The notes: generated by a model from the sequence alone, not told the origin. DNA of 64,000 nt from Phycisphaerae bacterium (GCA_963666835.2 CAXXGO010000006.1:1248001-1312000); one strand, 5' to 3'. Shown: positions 19,251 through 30,897, counted from the first letter of the stretch. Made by a program: numbers and translations.

Positions 19251-21136
19251 CTAATTACCCCCCCTGGGGACCTTGAAGACCCGGTCCGCCAGCGCTTTCT
19301 TGCCGTTGTGGGCCTTATCCGTAGGCGCGAACCGCTCCGTCAGCCTTCCCTCCGAGTCCACCAGGACCACAGCGCATTCTCTGGAGAGGGTCGGCTGGAA
19401 CCGGATCCCGCCGCCTCGTGCCTTCCGCTCGCGATACGGGTGTTCGAACTCGATGCTGACCACCGTAGCGCCGGGATCGAACGTCACTTCAGGTCGGTCA
19501 ACCTCGTTCGGAGCCCCAGGGACCCCGATTGGCACGCGTTTGGACAACGCGATTCGGTCGCCGAGACCAAAGGTCGCCCGAGTTGTGACCCAATAGCCGT
19601 CGAACCACTGATAGAACTCGACTTTGGCTCCATCACGCCGCGGATCTGCGCCGGTGATGAAGTAACAGCTCGTCGTTTCGAATACAATCGGCTCGGACGG
19701 TTCCGACCAGTCTCCGGCCACATACAATACCCGCGCATCCTCGATGTTCGCGAACTTGTCGGGCTCGGCAACCAGGCGGTTATACAGGGTGGCCCGGATC
19801 CGGAGCTGGTAAGTCCTTCCGCTCTGCAAAACCCCGGGGGCGGCGCAATGCGCCCAAACCTGCTGTTTGGGCAGCAGGACCCGCTCATCGTAGCTTTCAT
19901 CGGGGGTCTCTTCCCGGACCCCGCCCCGTCGCTCATTTCTCTTTCGCGAATGATGTCCTTTCTGAGCTGGTCAACCTCGTCTGCCAGCCTTTCCGCCTGC
20001 ATCTTCTGCGACGCGGAGGCATTTACGTGGCGATAGATGTCAATGTAAGTGTTGTAGGCCAGCATCGCGTCGGTTGCGGAGCGGTCTGTGCGGGCCTTGT
20101 CCGCGAGCTTGCGAGCGGTATCGAACAGGGCTTCGATTTCGTCGGCATTGCTCGATGCTCCGGCCGAGGTCCCGGCGTCTGCCGCTACAGGGGTCTCCAT
20201 CAGACCATACCGGTCTTCAAGCTCCGCATCCGGGATCGGTTCGAGCAAATTGGGGTGGATGTACTCATCATCCATCCTAAGTAGCTCGATGTACGGTACT
20301 ACGGGGGGGATTTCCCATTCCGTGCCGTTAAACACGGTGACCATTTGCGGCCTGATGATCTCGAGTTGTGTCAGCGGTTCTACGATAGCGCCCTGATACC
20401 GGTCGACCGCGCCCCGCTCATCCGATGGAACGAAGATCACCCCGTCCTCTTCCTCGAATGGGATAGCGGGCTCTTGCGGCATGGGAAATGCGGGCCAGGC
20501 CCGTACCGTCTCCCAATCGTCATCGGACCAGGTGCCGTCCGGCCGTTGGGCTCGCTTCTGAACCTCCGCCGGTCCGAAAATAACCTCGCTTCGCTGGCTA
20601 CCATAGGCATCCGCCTGCAGTCTTACCTGCTCGGCCCGGTTGAATAGCGACGAGATCGTCACCCAGTTCGAAACAACGTATGAATTCTCGTACTCGCCCG
20701 TGATTTCGAAGGTGCTGCGCCCGTGGGTAATCAGCGGCTTGTCGAACGGGACAACGTCGGTGAGCTTGGCCTGGCCGGCGATCCTGCCCGGGGGGTCAAT
20801 GATCGGCACGTCCGGCCCGATTCGGACCACGGCGGCCAGCTCGTCAGACAGCCGGTCGCCGTCAAACGGGTTAAGAGCGGCGGCGAAGGTTCCTTCGAGT
20901 GGCTCGAACCCGGGATCATCCGGCTCTAAGTTCCGGATGCGCATGCGCACGTCGGTCGCCTTCCGGGCCAGCTTCTCGTCAATCGTGCTCGGCGTGACCA
21001 TCTCGCCGGCCAGTTCGATCTGGTTCGGCGAGGTCACGAGGTACATTGCGATGACCGCTATCAGACCGATTCCCATGAGCCCCAGCACGACTTTCTCGAC
21101 GTGCCGTTCGATCGGGCTGACCACCTGTTTTGCCAT
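19251..21136 (-). CDS. Pilus/T2SS operon membrane-anchored protein, one frameshift near 19900-19925
   Basis: N-terminal 'HVEKVVLG' + TM; the second frame continues ...QVWAH....G....GRTYQLRIR; the shift lies at G/C homopolymers. Confidence 0.65.
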
Positions 21137-21276
21137 CGTCTAATTCTCCTGCTCTTCTCGTCAGCGTCGTCGCGGACGGCTGGTCGGGCTATGCTGCCGG
21201 CGAGGGTCGGCGGCACCCCGGCGTCTTGCCGAAGCGCCTTTTCAGTACGCGGCTTTCGCCGGGGAGGGTCGGGCAA

Positions 21277-22602
21277 TCAACCCTCTTCGTCGGTCTCCTC
21301 CTCCTCTTCTTCTTCCAGCTCCGTGAACACTGCGCCGTATCCGGCGCTTTCAAGAACCTCACGGACTGCCGGCGGCATGAGCGGTCGGAAGACCTCGCCG
21401 AGCAGCACCGTTTCGAAATCCATCACTACCAATACCGTCGGTTCGGATCCGTAGACCTTCCCGGTCATGTTGAGGTTCGGGGGGACCGCCGAGTAGGACA
21501 CCCGCAGCAGGGTATGGAACGTGCCGGTGGTTAGCTTCTCGACGAGCTTGAGTATATCCCGCTGATCCATCACCAACTTGACGGTGAACTGCATGACTTC
21601 GAAGGTGCGTGTCGAACTCGTCTTGGTGAATACGCTGTCCCCGGTGGTCGGCGGAAACGCGTCGCCGAAGCCGGATGCCGGCGCTCCGCCGGCTTCTCCG
21701 GCGTCCGGAAGGATGAAACCCTCCGAGGTACGGATCGAGACGACTTCCTTGACGGGCATCATCCCGATCCAGATGGTCTCACCGCGGGCTCGGGCGGCCG
21801 AAGCGGCCTCGTTGTTGACCGCGACGATCGCATCGACCACGTCCTTCTGTAGCCAGTAGTCCATCTGGGCTCCCCAGACGTCCTCAGGGTACGGAGCATC
21901 TACGAGTCCCGTATCAACCATTTCCACATGGAAGCTCAGGCTTGAGGCCATGTTGGGCTTCAACGCGTCTTTGTCCGTGTGATGAATGGCGTAGCAGTAG
22001 TAGCTCTGGGCCAGGGCCATAGCCGCGCGCGCTTCCGCATTCTTGCGCGCCCCGGCCTTGGTGAGGACGCCCGCCGGAGACCGCGGAGGGCCGGTTTGCT
22101 CCGGGGGTGTTGCCGCCGCGCCGGCGTCGGCACCGAGGTTCTGGGCCCGGTACTCTTCGTCGGCGATCTTGTCCTTCATCGCGTCCAGGTCGGCTTGCGT
22201 AGGTACCCGAGTGGAGTTCAGCGACGCGAACAACTGCTCCATTGCTTCGGTGTACACCACGCGGAACCTCCGCAACGAGTTGTCACTTCCCGTGGGGAAG
22301 ACCCCTTCCATCAGCGGCTTATAGTGGTAGAGCCCCTTCGCTTGAGCAAAGACCGCGTCGCGGTCTGCGACGGTCCGATCGATCCTCTCTTCTTGGATTG
22401 CGATGCTGTCCTGGTTGGCCGCCCCGACTTGGAGCCGGTCCAGTTCCTCGATTAGCCCCTTGCCCGACTCCATCTCGCGCACCACCTTCGGCATGGAATT
22501 GAGGCCGGTGGCAGCCAGGGCGATGCCGCCGACCGCGGCCAACCCGCAGATGATGTAGAACGCGTGTCGTCGCAGAAACTCCATGGGCTTAGACTCCCTC
22601 AA
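21277..22602 (-). CDS. PilO-like pilus assembly protein
   Basis: N-terminal TM and coiled coil; positioned directly after pilM. Confidence 0.55.
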   Translation of the reverse strand: MRESKPMEFLRRHAFYIICGLAAVGGIALAATGLNSMPKVVREMESGKGLIEELDRLQVGAANQDSIAIQEERIDRTVADRDAVFAQAKGLYHYKPLMEGVFPTGSDNSLRRFRVVYTEAMEQLFASLNSTRVPTQADLDAMKDKIADEEYRAQNLGADAGAAATPPEQTGPPRSPAGVLTKAGARKNAEARAAMALAQSYYCYAIHHTDKDALKPNMASSLSFHVEMVDTGLVDAPYPEDVWGAQMDYWLQKDVVDAIVAVNNEAASAARARGETIWIGMMPVKEVVSIRTSEGFILPDAGEAGGAPASGFGDAFPPTTGDSVFTKTSSTRTFEVMQFTVKLVMDQRDILKLVEKLTTGTFHTLLRVSYSAVPPNLNMTGKVYGSEPTVLVVMDFETVLLGEVFRPLMPPAVREVLESAGYGAVFTELEEEEEEETDEEG

Positions 22603-22671
22603 TACCGCGGTTTGCGGCTTGTTTGTCTCGGCCGAACGCCGCTTGCTTCTCTTCGAGATCGCCCGAGGTCA

Positions 22672-24669
22672 CTAGTCCTCTTCCTCCTCCTCGGCGGATT
22701 CCTCCTCGAGCTCCGATTCCGGGAGGTCCTCGAGAATCGCGTCCACCCAGATCTCAAACTCCCAATCATCATTCGTCGGCTCGTTGGTGACCGGGTCACG
22801 GTTCTCTTCGCTTTTCGATTCCGTGCCTCCCCACCCGGCACCACCGGCCGGTGAACCGCTGCCGGATACCTTACCGCCGGCAAGCAGCCACACTCTGTCG
22901 AAGTAGAACCCCGCGTTCGGGCGGCGGCCATTCTCGCGCAACGTAGTCATGAACGTATCGCCCACGTACTTGGGCCCGCCATCGTTGGGTAGCCGGCAGA
23001 TGATTCGAATGCCGAAGCCCGGGAGAGGGTCTCCCGAGTCGTTGATCCGATACCCGGCTTCAATGAGGCTCTCGCCGAGTTCCAGTTCATTCAGGTCCGC
23101 AAAGTACTCCATGTTCACGGACCGGATCGACACGCGCTGTCGCTTGGCGCGAGGAGGAGCGCCCGCGGCGATGGCCGCCAGCAACTCTGTTTGCGTCTGC
23201 GCCTGACCGAGCGCTCCAGGATCCGTTGGGACGGATTCGTGGATGGCCTGGAGGATTTGCGGCACGATGCCCTTGTTTCGCTGTGCTGCGATCAGTGACT
23301 CGGTGTCCTCACGCTCATCCTGCCCTTCGTTCGTTAGTTGTTGCAGGCGAGATTTGAGTACCTTGGCGGCCTCTTTGACCATCGCGGCTTGTCCCCACGG
23401 AGACAGCGATGACGACGGTCCATTGTCGATTATGCCCGGCGCTTGATCGATGTTCACCTGGACTCGGTCCATCTCCTCTGCCCCGGCGGCAAGAGCCCCC
23501 ATGTCCGTAATCTGCCTGAACCAAATAGCTCCGCCGGCCAGAACCAGGCAAGCCGCGGCGGCAGCGAAAGCCGGACGCTTCTTCCGCCAGACCACCTGCT
23601 TGGCGATTTCGACCGGAAGCAGGTTGCTCGTTATGGCCGTAAGTTCCAGACCCTGCAGGGCCAATCCGTATGCCACTGCGAAGCTGAGGAAGTCGTCGGT
23701 AAGAGCCCCGGCGGATGCCGCCGGAGACGGAACGATGTTCTGAAACGCTTTGGGAACCTCGACGGTGATTCCGAGGTTCTGCTCCAGGTATTTCTGCAGC
23801 CCGGGCAGTTTGAAGGCGTTGCCCACGCCGACGACTTTGTCGATCTGGGCATCGCGATGGGTGGACGAGTAGAACCCCATCGACCTTTGCAGCTCCTGAA
23901 CGATGTCCGCAAATATCGGACGCATCGCCTGGAAGACCTGTCGGCGATACTTGCTCGACTCGGCCGTGCGCTTGAGGCTCTCTGCCTTAGCGAACGACAG
24001 CTTGAAGGACTTCATCAGGGCTTCGGTGAACCGATTGCCCCCGAGCTGGATCGTGCGAGTCCAAAGGCTGCCGGCCGTGGCGATGATCAGGTCTGCGTTA
24101 TCCGCCCCGATGTCCAGCAAGACGGTCGTTTCCGGACCCAACAGCCCATCGTATTGCGCGGCATTGTACACCGCGAGCGGCGCACATTGGACCGCGATGG
24201 GTTCGATTGCGGCTTGCTCGAAGTGGAGCAAGTGCTCGCGAAGCAACTCGCGTTTCATTGCGAAGATGCCAACCTCGACGTCCGGCAGATCCTCCTGCTC
24301 AAAAGTCTGATAGTCCCAGATGACCTCGTCCATATCGAACGGAATCTGCTGATCCGCTTCGTACCGAACGATGTCGGGTATCCGTTTGGCGGAGACCGGC
24401 GGCAGCTTCGTGAACCGGGCGAGGGTGTGCTGGCCGGGAACGCTGATGACCACTCGATCCTTGGACAGGTCATTGCGCGAAAGGAACTTCTCCAATGCGT
24501 TGGCGATCAACTCCTGTCGATCGGCGTCCGGTTGGGACAGAATCGTAGCGTGTTCGACGAAGTCATGTGCCAGAACTTCGACCTTACCCTCCGCCCCGAT
24601 CCGCACCTTGATGGCTTTGAGGGCGCAACGGCCCACATCTATCCCCCAAGCCGCCTGTGTGATCGCCAT
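22672..24669 (-). CDS. pilM: Type IV pilus assembly protein PilM fused to a PilN-like region
   Basis: WGIDVGRCALKA, YEADQQIPF..DEVIWDYQ, GGNRFTEAL, ELQRSMGFY, LALQGL, then NLLP + TM + periplasmic region. Confidence 0.9.
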   Translation of the reverse strand: MAITQAAWGIDVGRCALKAIKVRIGAEGKVEVLAHDFVEHATILSQPDADRQELIANALEKFLSRNDLSKDRVVISVPGQHTLARFTKLPPVSAKRIPDIVRYEADQQIPFDMDEVIWDYQTFEQEDLPDVEVGIFAMKRELLREHLLHFEQAAIEPIAVQCAPLAVYNAAQYDGLLGPETTVLLDIGADNADLIIATAGSLWTRTIQLGGNRFTEALMKSFKLSFAKAESLKRTAESSKYRRQVFQAMRPIFADIVQELQRSMGFYSSTHRDAQIDKVVGVGNAFKLPGLQKYLEQNLGITVEVPKAFQNIVPSPAASAGALTDDFLSFAVAYGLALQGLELTAITSNLLPVEIAKQVVWRKKRPAFAAAAACLVLAGGAIWFRQITDMGALAAGAEEMDRVQVNIDQAPGIIDNGPSSSLSPWGQAAMVKEAAKVLKSRLQQLTNEGQDEREDTESLIAAQRNKGIVPQILQAIHESVPTDPGALGQAQTQTELLAAIAAGAPPRAKRQRVSIRSVNMEYFADLNELELGESLIEAGYRINDSGDPLPGFGIRIICRLPNDGGPKYVGDTFMTTLRENGRRPNAGFYFDRVWLLAGGKVSGSGSPAGGAGWGGTESKSEENRDPVTNEPTNDDWEFEIWVDAILEDLPESELEEESAEEEEED

Positions 24670-24786
24670 CGGCCTATTCTCCGTGATGTCCCGGCACGCT
24701 CCACGACAACGGCGGCCATGCTCCAGGCCGGCCGGCTGTCGAGGGTTGCCTTTTCTATGTCCCTGCTCGCGGGTAGATTCCCGAGC

Positions 24787-26316
24787 ATGGCCGCAAAGTA
24801 TCTGCTGAGGACGCTCGGCTGTAAAGTCAATCAATACGAGACGCAACGGATTCGTGAGCTGATCGAGTCGCTCGGATTCCAACCCGCCGACTCCGATCAG
24901 GCTGCCGACCTTGCCGTCATCAACAGTTGCGCGGTCACCGCCGGTGCCGCGCGCAAAAGCCGCCAGATGATCCGCCGCGCAGCACGCGGCGGAGCTGTCA
25001 CATTCGTTGTCGGATGCATTGATTCCGCGGATGCTGAACACCTGCGCAGCCTCAAAGGCGTGACCGCCGTGGTCAGACGCGACTGTGATGTCTGCGCAAC
25101 GCTGCGGACCCTCATCGCCGCTCACATACCGGAAACCCCGCCTCCGCCAAGTGCGGAGGTCGTCGACAGAGGGAAGGCACCGCGTCAGCATCCGGGCGCC
25201 AACGGGAATGACGTATGGATGAAACCGTGTTCTTCGGGCCCAAAAGACCCGATACGGGCACCCCGGTGCACGAGCTCGCCAACCGATAACATTGTTCACC
25301 GTTTAGGTTCCGTTGTCAAGGATGCTGGAGCGCTGACGGAGCGGATCACGCGCTTCGCAGGACACCAACGCGCATTCCTGAAGGTCCAAGACGGCTGCGA
25401 TGCGTTCTGCACCTACTGCATCGTCCCGCGGCTCCGTACCATCATGGCCTTCAAGCCGAGAGACCTCGCCGTCGCCGAAGCCCGCGATCTGGTCCGCGCC
25501 GGACACCGCGAGATTGTCGTCACCGGGATTTATCTCGGGGCGTACGGCCGGGCTACCCGCGGTTCGCCGTCGGTTCGCGCGAGGGCCTTCGCCGCTTGCG
25601 GGGCTGGTCGAGGCGCTGGCGGCGGTAAGCGGTCTTGAGCGGCTCCGCCTTTCCAGTCTCGAGCCCGGTGACGTTGACGAGTCACTCTTAGACGTGCTTA
25701 GCCGGCACGCCAACTGTGTGCCACACCTGCACTTGCCCCTACAGTCCGGTAGTCCCGGCGTTTTGCAGCGGATGAACCGCCAATACACCCGCGAGGGACT
25801 ACGTCGAAGTGATCCAACGGGTCCGCTCCGCTTTGGACCGCCCCGCGATTACCACGGATATCATCGGTCGGTTTTCCGGACGAAACCGAGGAGGATTTCG
25901 AGTTATCGGTCGACATTGCCCGGCAAGCGCGGTTCGTCAAGATCCATGCGTTCCCCTTCAGTCCCCGAGCCGGTACCGCCGCCGCCCGCCGGCCGGATCG
26001 GTTCGTTTCGCCCGAAGTGGTCCGCCGCCGAATGTTGCGGTTGGGCGAAGTCGAGCGGGATTGCTCCCTGGCATTCCGCCGGGATGCCGTCGGAACCGCA
26101 GAGAGCGTCCTCGTGGAGGCTGTTGCGGACCGAGGCGACGCCAGCGGGAAGAACGCCCGTTGGCACTGCCGAGGACGGGCCGCCCGCTATTTCGAGGTTT
26201 CGTTCGAGAGCCCGACCGCGATCCCGGCAGGCGAGATCGTCCCCGTACGCCTGACCCGGGCAACGCCGGAATCAACCGAGGGAGAACCCGTAATCCCTGG
26301 CGGGGGGGTTGACTGA
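24787..26316 (+). CDS. mtaB: tRNA t6A37 methylthiotransferase MtaB; about 3 frameshifts (near 25570, 25795, 25865), probably sequencing errors
   Basis: [61 protein letters not shown](A)GT spread over three frames. Confidence 0.88.
25291..25319 (-). promoter_or_regulatory. Candidate promoter for the pilM operon embedded antisense in mtaB
   Basis: Perfect TTGACA-N17-AACAAT inside the low-complexity MtaB linker. Confidence 0.45.
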
Positions 26317-26372
26317 AGTGAACCCTTGACATCGCTCCCTTTTCGGCTGGCGTGAGTTCGAAGGAGAAGGTG

Positions 26373-27600
26373 CCGGGTGCCATGGCCCACGCTTGCGTGG
26401 CCATGGAGGATAGGATCGACCGCGAGTTTCGTAGGGCACGGTCGAGGTACGAGACCTTGCCGTCCTGGCTGGCCGGGTGCCATGGCCCACGCTGCCGGGT
26501 GCCATGGCCCACGCTTGCGTGGCCCATGGAGGATAGGATCGACTACGAGTTCCGTAGGGCACGGTCGAGGTACGAGACCTGCCGCAAAAACGCCTATCGC
26601 GCGAAGATGTGCCGGGTGCCATGGTCCACGCTTGCGTGGCCATGGCGGATAGGATCGACTGCGAGTTCCGTAGGGCACGGTCGAGGTACGAGACCTGCCG
26701 CAAAAACGCCTGTCGCGCGAAGATGTGCCGGGTGCCATGACCCACGCTTGCCGGGTGCCATGGAGGATAGGATCGACCGCGAGTTTCGTAGGGCACGGTC
26801 GAGGTACGAGACCTGCCGCAAAAACGCCTGTCGCGCAAAGATGTGCCGCCCACAAGATCTTCACACGGGCTGGTGTGCACTGCTCTTGAGCAGTGCAGAA
26901 TCGTCGTTGACACCCGGTTTGTCATCTCTCGTAGGGCACGGTCGAGGAACGAGACCTGCCATCGAGACCGCAATGGCCCGAGTCGCACGAATATGTGCCA
27001 CGCGCATGCCTCGCGGAACCAGCCCGCCAGGGCGGCAGCTCTGCCTAGCCCGCGGGCGTCAGCCGTGGGATCGAGTCGCAAGTCAACCCAAGCCCCGCCA
27101 GGGGCGGCACTTCGATGATCGAAGAGGTCCCGGCCAGCGCCAACGTATTCCCCTTATGATGTTGAATCACCGGCATCCGATCCAAACCTCGATGTCTTGT
27201 GCCGCCCCCGAGGGGGCTTGGCGCGAGGCGGCCGCACGGTTCCCCCAGGCTTACGCCATGGGGCTACAGGACCTGTCGCCCCAAGGGGCTTGGCTTGCGA
27301 CAGGGCCGAGGCACGAGACCTGCCGCAACGGCGCGCGAGGACCTCGTAGGGCACGGTCGAGGAACGAGACCTGCCACAATGGCGAGCGTCGCGCGAGGAC
27401 CACGTAGGGCATGGTCGAGGCACGAGACCTGCCACAAAGGCGAGCGTCGCGCAAGGACCACGTAGGGCACGGTCGAGGAACGAGACCTGCCACGATAGCG
27501 CGCGTCGCGCGAGGACCGCGGCAGGTCTCGTTCCTCGACCATGCCCTACACGCGCCTGCGCCGCCCTATCAGACGGCGGAGCGTGAGCGACCCGCCTCAT
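26373..27600. repeat. Mosaic REP array
   Basis: About 10 copies of GTAGGGCAyGGTCGAGGnACGAGACCTGCC, tandem ~117-120-bp units with catggcccacgcttgcgtggccatg, and a third copy of the ~260-bp element (about 27020-27290). Confidence 0.92.
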
Positions 27601-27759
27601 GAGCGATACGTAGCGACCTGGCCACGCATCGTGCCCGCTCTCTCACCAGTCGCGGGTACCGATAGGCCGGCGACCTGGGCGCGCACCACGGCCGCTCCCG
27701 CACCGGTCGCGGGTACCGACCGAACGATAATCCGCTCACTGACATATTGTTAATTCACC

Positions 27760-27788
27760 TTGACATGGGCGTCGAGATTGGATATCGT
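27760..27788 (+). promoter_or_regulatory. Sigma70-like promoter
   Basis: TTGACA-N17-TATCGT, followed by a GGAGG SD and ATG at 27822. Confidence 0.6.
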
Positions 27789-27821
27789 AGTACGCGGTCT
27801 TCTATGGAGGGAGGGTAGGTC

Positions 27822-29261
27822 ATGCCCAGGCGACTGTCGTTATTGGTTGTTCTTCTTGCGGTTTTCGCCCGCGTCCGTTTTCGCTGATGAGGTCCTTTAT
27901 CGGTACGAGGGCGACGTCCTGCCCTACGATCCCTCGGAGGGCTGGGACGTCTTCAAGGAATGCGTGGACCCGTGCAGCGAGAGCTTGGCGGACGGCCATT
28001 TCATTCTCCACTGGTCGGACTGTTGCGGACAGGCCCATTACAACCGCGACATCACCGAGATAGGCGAGGAACAGCCGCCCACCCTGTGGTAGAATGGCGT
28101 TTTCGCTCCAACCTTCCGGTCGGGCCCATCTTCACCCAATGTGACGCCAGCCTCACCGTGGTCTTCCGCGAGATTGTGGATTGGATAGAAATCTACGGAG
28201 ATTCGGCGTTCTCGGCAGGCGGAACCGGTTCGATAACAGGACTCGATGTTGACGAGTTCCACACCTATAGGTTCGAGAGCCTCGACGGCACCAACTACCG
28301 GTACTCGGTCGACGGTATCGTGTTTCTCGTACATGCCCGAGCACGGAGGTTACACATATGAGCTACGTACAGCTCTCCAGCCGGAACGCGTGCGGCGACT
28401 GGACCACCAACAAGATTCACGAGTGGGACGCATTGCGGTACGGGACCGTCTCGCTTGGGGAGCAGATCATCGCCACCGATCCGCCCGCCGGCGAGATCGA
28501 CACAGCTTCATACCCCGGCCTCGATCGGTTCAGCGTAACGTTCGATTCGGCCAACAACGTGTACACTGATGAGATCACCGTAGAGGTCACCGGCGGGCCC
28601 GTGCCCGTGGTCACCCCAGGTACTACGCCTTGAGGAATACGACGTCGATACCGTGCAGGTCGTCCTGGACCGTACCCTGACGACGGGCGAGACCACTACG
28701 TTCACCTTCGACGACGGCGCCGCCGTCAATGTGGTCCAATACGTCTACGGCGCCGTGGAGGCCTGCTGCCAGGCGGACGGTAGCTGCACAAACCTCCCGG
28801 CCGAAGACCTGCACCACCGCCGGCGGCACCCCGCAGGGCGAGCTGACCGCGTGTGAAGGCGATGCCGACGGCGACGGCGTGGACGGCAACTGCGGCGATG
28901 CCTGCCCGAACAACGTCGGCAAGACCGATCCCGGCGTATGTGGATGCGGCAGCCCCGACATCGATTCCGACAACGATGGCACCACTGGACTGCCTCGACG
29001 CCTGCAGGAACGACCCGGACAAGATCGAACCGGGTATCTGCGGCTGCGGAGTAAGCGATTACCTCGATGCGGATGATGACACCGTCCCGGACTGCATCGA
29101 CCAATGCGAAGGCTTGGACGACCGCTACGACCACGACGGCAACGGAATCCCGGACTGCACCCAGTACCATCCCCACCGTCTCAACCTGGGGCCTGGTCGT
29201 ACTGACGCTGCTGCTAATGACCCTGAGCAAACTGGCTTTCTCGACCCGCCGGAATTCGTAG
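27822..29261 (+). CDS. Secreted protein with thrombospondin type-3-like Ca-binding repeats and IPTL-CTERM sorting signal; several frameshifts
   Basis: Signal peptide; DxDxDG..D..D.CP and PG.CGCG repeats; C-terminal IPTVSTWGLVVLTLLL...RR, pieced from multiple frames. Confidence 0.75.
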
Positions 29262-30090
29262 GGCACGGTCGAGGCACGAGACCTGCCACGATAGCGCGCG
29301 TCGCGCGAGGACCTCGTAGGGCAGGTCGAGGCACGAGACCTGCCGCAATAGCGCGCGTCGCGCTGAGGACCTCGTAGGGCACGGTCGAGGCACGAGACCT
29401 GCCGTCCTGGGTGGCCATGGGCAAGCGTCGCCGATTTGCGCAGCGACAGTACCGGTCGTCACTCGATCTCGCGTTAGGGTCATGGACCGTTCCGGCTTGC
29501 CCGTGATGCCTGCGGCTCGCCAAGCTCCACGGGTCAACAAGTTGACCCATGCCACCCGGTTGGCACCCCCTGTAGGGCACGGTCGAGGAACGAGACCTGC
29601 CACGATGGCGCGCGTCGCGCGCGGACCTCGTAGGGCACGGGTCGAGGCACGAGACCTGCCGTCCTGGGTGGCATGGGCAAGCGTCGCCGATTTGCGCAGC
29701 GAAGTACCGGTCGTCACTCGATCTCGCGTTAGGGTCATGGACCGTTCCAGCCTTGCCCGTGATGCCTGCGGCTCGCCAAGCTCCACGGGTCAACAAGTTG
29801 ACCCATGCCACCCGGTTGTCACCCCCCTGTAGGGCACGGTCGAGGAACGAGACCTGCCACGATGGCACGCGTCGCGCAAGGACCGGCGGCAGGTCTCGTT
29901 CCTCGACCATGCCCTACACCGGCCTGCGCTGCCCTATCAGCGCAGCGGGCGTAAGCGACCCGCCCCAATCGGTACGGCAAGCGTGAGCGACCCGCCGGTC
30001 CTGCCGGGTCAGCAGGTAGGATCCGTTCCCCGGACCGGCATCTGCTCCACGGGTCAACAGGTTGACCCATGACACCCGGTTGGCACCCCG
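29258..30090. repeat. Mosaic REP array with ~255-bp tandem duplication
   Basis: Seven GTAG REPs; units starting near 29374 and 29629 are near-identical; cacgggtcaac(a)agttgacccatg palindromes. Confidence 0.92.
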
Positions 30091-30114
30091 CGCACGTTTT
30101 TGCGCGGCGTAGCG

Positions 30115-30897
30115 CTAAAGGACTTCGTTGGCCATGTTGATGGCGAGTAATACGTCGGCCGCGTTGTGCTTGCCGTTGCGGTCGAGATCGACCTTTGTGC
30201 TCGGGGACCGACCTCCGCCCCGTTGAGCCCGGCCATCAGTGCGGCAAGATCCGGAAGGACGACTATTTCGGAGCGGCTCGTACGCGACGGGCTCGATCGC
30301 CATTCCGCTTGCGATCCGCATTCGCGCTGGACTCGACATCGTTGATAAGCCCAATGGTGAACGTCCCGCGGGCATTGTCCGACACCAGGAGTTTCAACGT
30401 CGCCAGATACGCCTTCGTGCCGTCCTGTTTGCTTACCGGCCCGGTGGAGCTTACCAGGATACTGGCCCCGCGGTATCCCTCTGATCTGGTGTCGGTAAGC
30501 ACGAGGGCGTCGTCGCGACGCCGGCGTGGATGAAATCAGCGCCGCGACGGGTTCGATCAGGAAGTTCTCGCGGTTCTCCTCCCCGGACTCCTGAGTGGAC
30601 GCATACGCGATCGGCTCGATGAAACCGACCGCTCCGCTGGTATAGCCCGACGGCTCGATCTGGACCTGGTAGGCGGCCAACTTCTCCTCTGTGGGCGACC
30701 AGTCGCGCACAAAGATGTCCACGGTAAGGGAGCTGCCCGGTGCCGCCGCTACAATCGCCGTCGGGCCATTCGGCATGGACTCGGAATCGACGGCCACCGC
30801 CTCCACTGAGAACGTGGTGAGTACTTGCTGATGCTACCGCCGTCAACGCCCCAACAACGCAACCGATTCGCAAGAAGACCTTGTCATTCTTGAACAT
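30115..30897 (-). CDS. Small secreted protein with cohesin-like domain and dockerin-like tail; several frameshifts
   Basis: Signal peptide; LTVDIFVRDW...LAAYQVQI...YLATLKLLVSDNARGTFTIGL; C-terminal VDLDRNGKHNAADVLLAI. Confidence 0.6.

Noticed and set aside
24670..25299. N-terminal extension of PilM, and the reciprocal 23443 extension of MtaB
   Set aside because: Each is the antisense frame of the other gene; conserved N-termini begin at 24669 and 24787.
26430..27550. CRISPR array (also 11112-11258, 29258-29916, 46521-48335)
   Set aside because: The 30-bp repeats occur in both orientations, the spacers are repetitive and variable in length, there are no cas genes, and a RAYT explains them.
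26187..27602. ORFs with repeated 'AGLVPRPCPT'/'GHGRGTRPA' peptides
   Set aside because: Translations of REP DNA seen in all frames at every REP locus.
28085..28095. Stop-codon readthrough or recoding in the IPTL-CTERM gene
   Set aside because: Adding one G to the run restores LWVEWRF, so a simple indel explains it.
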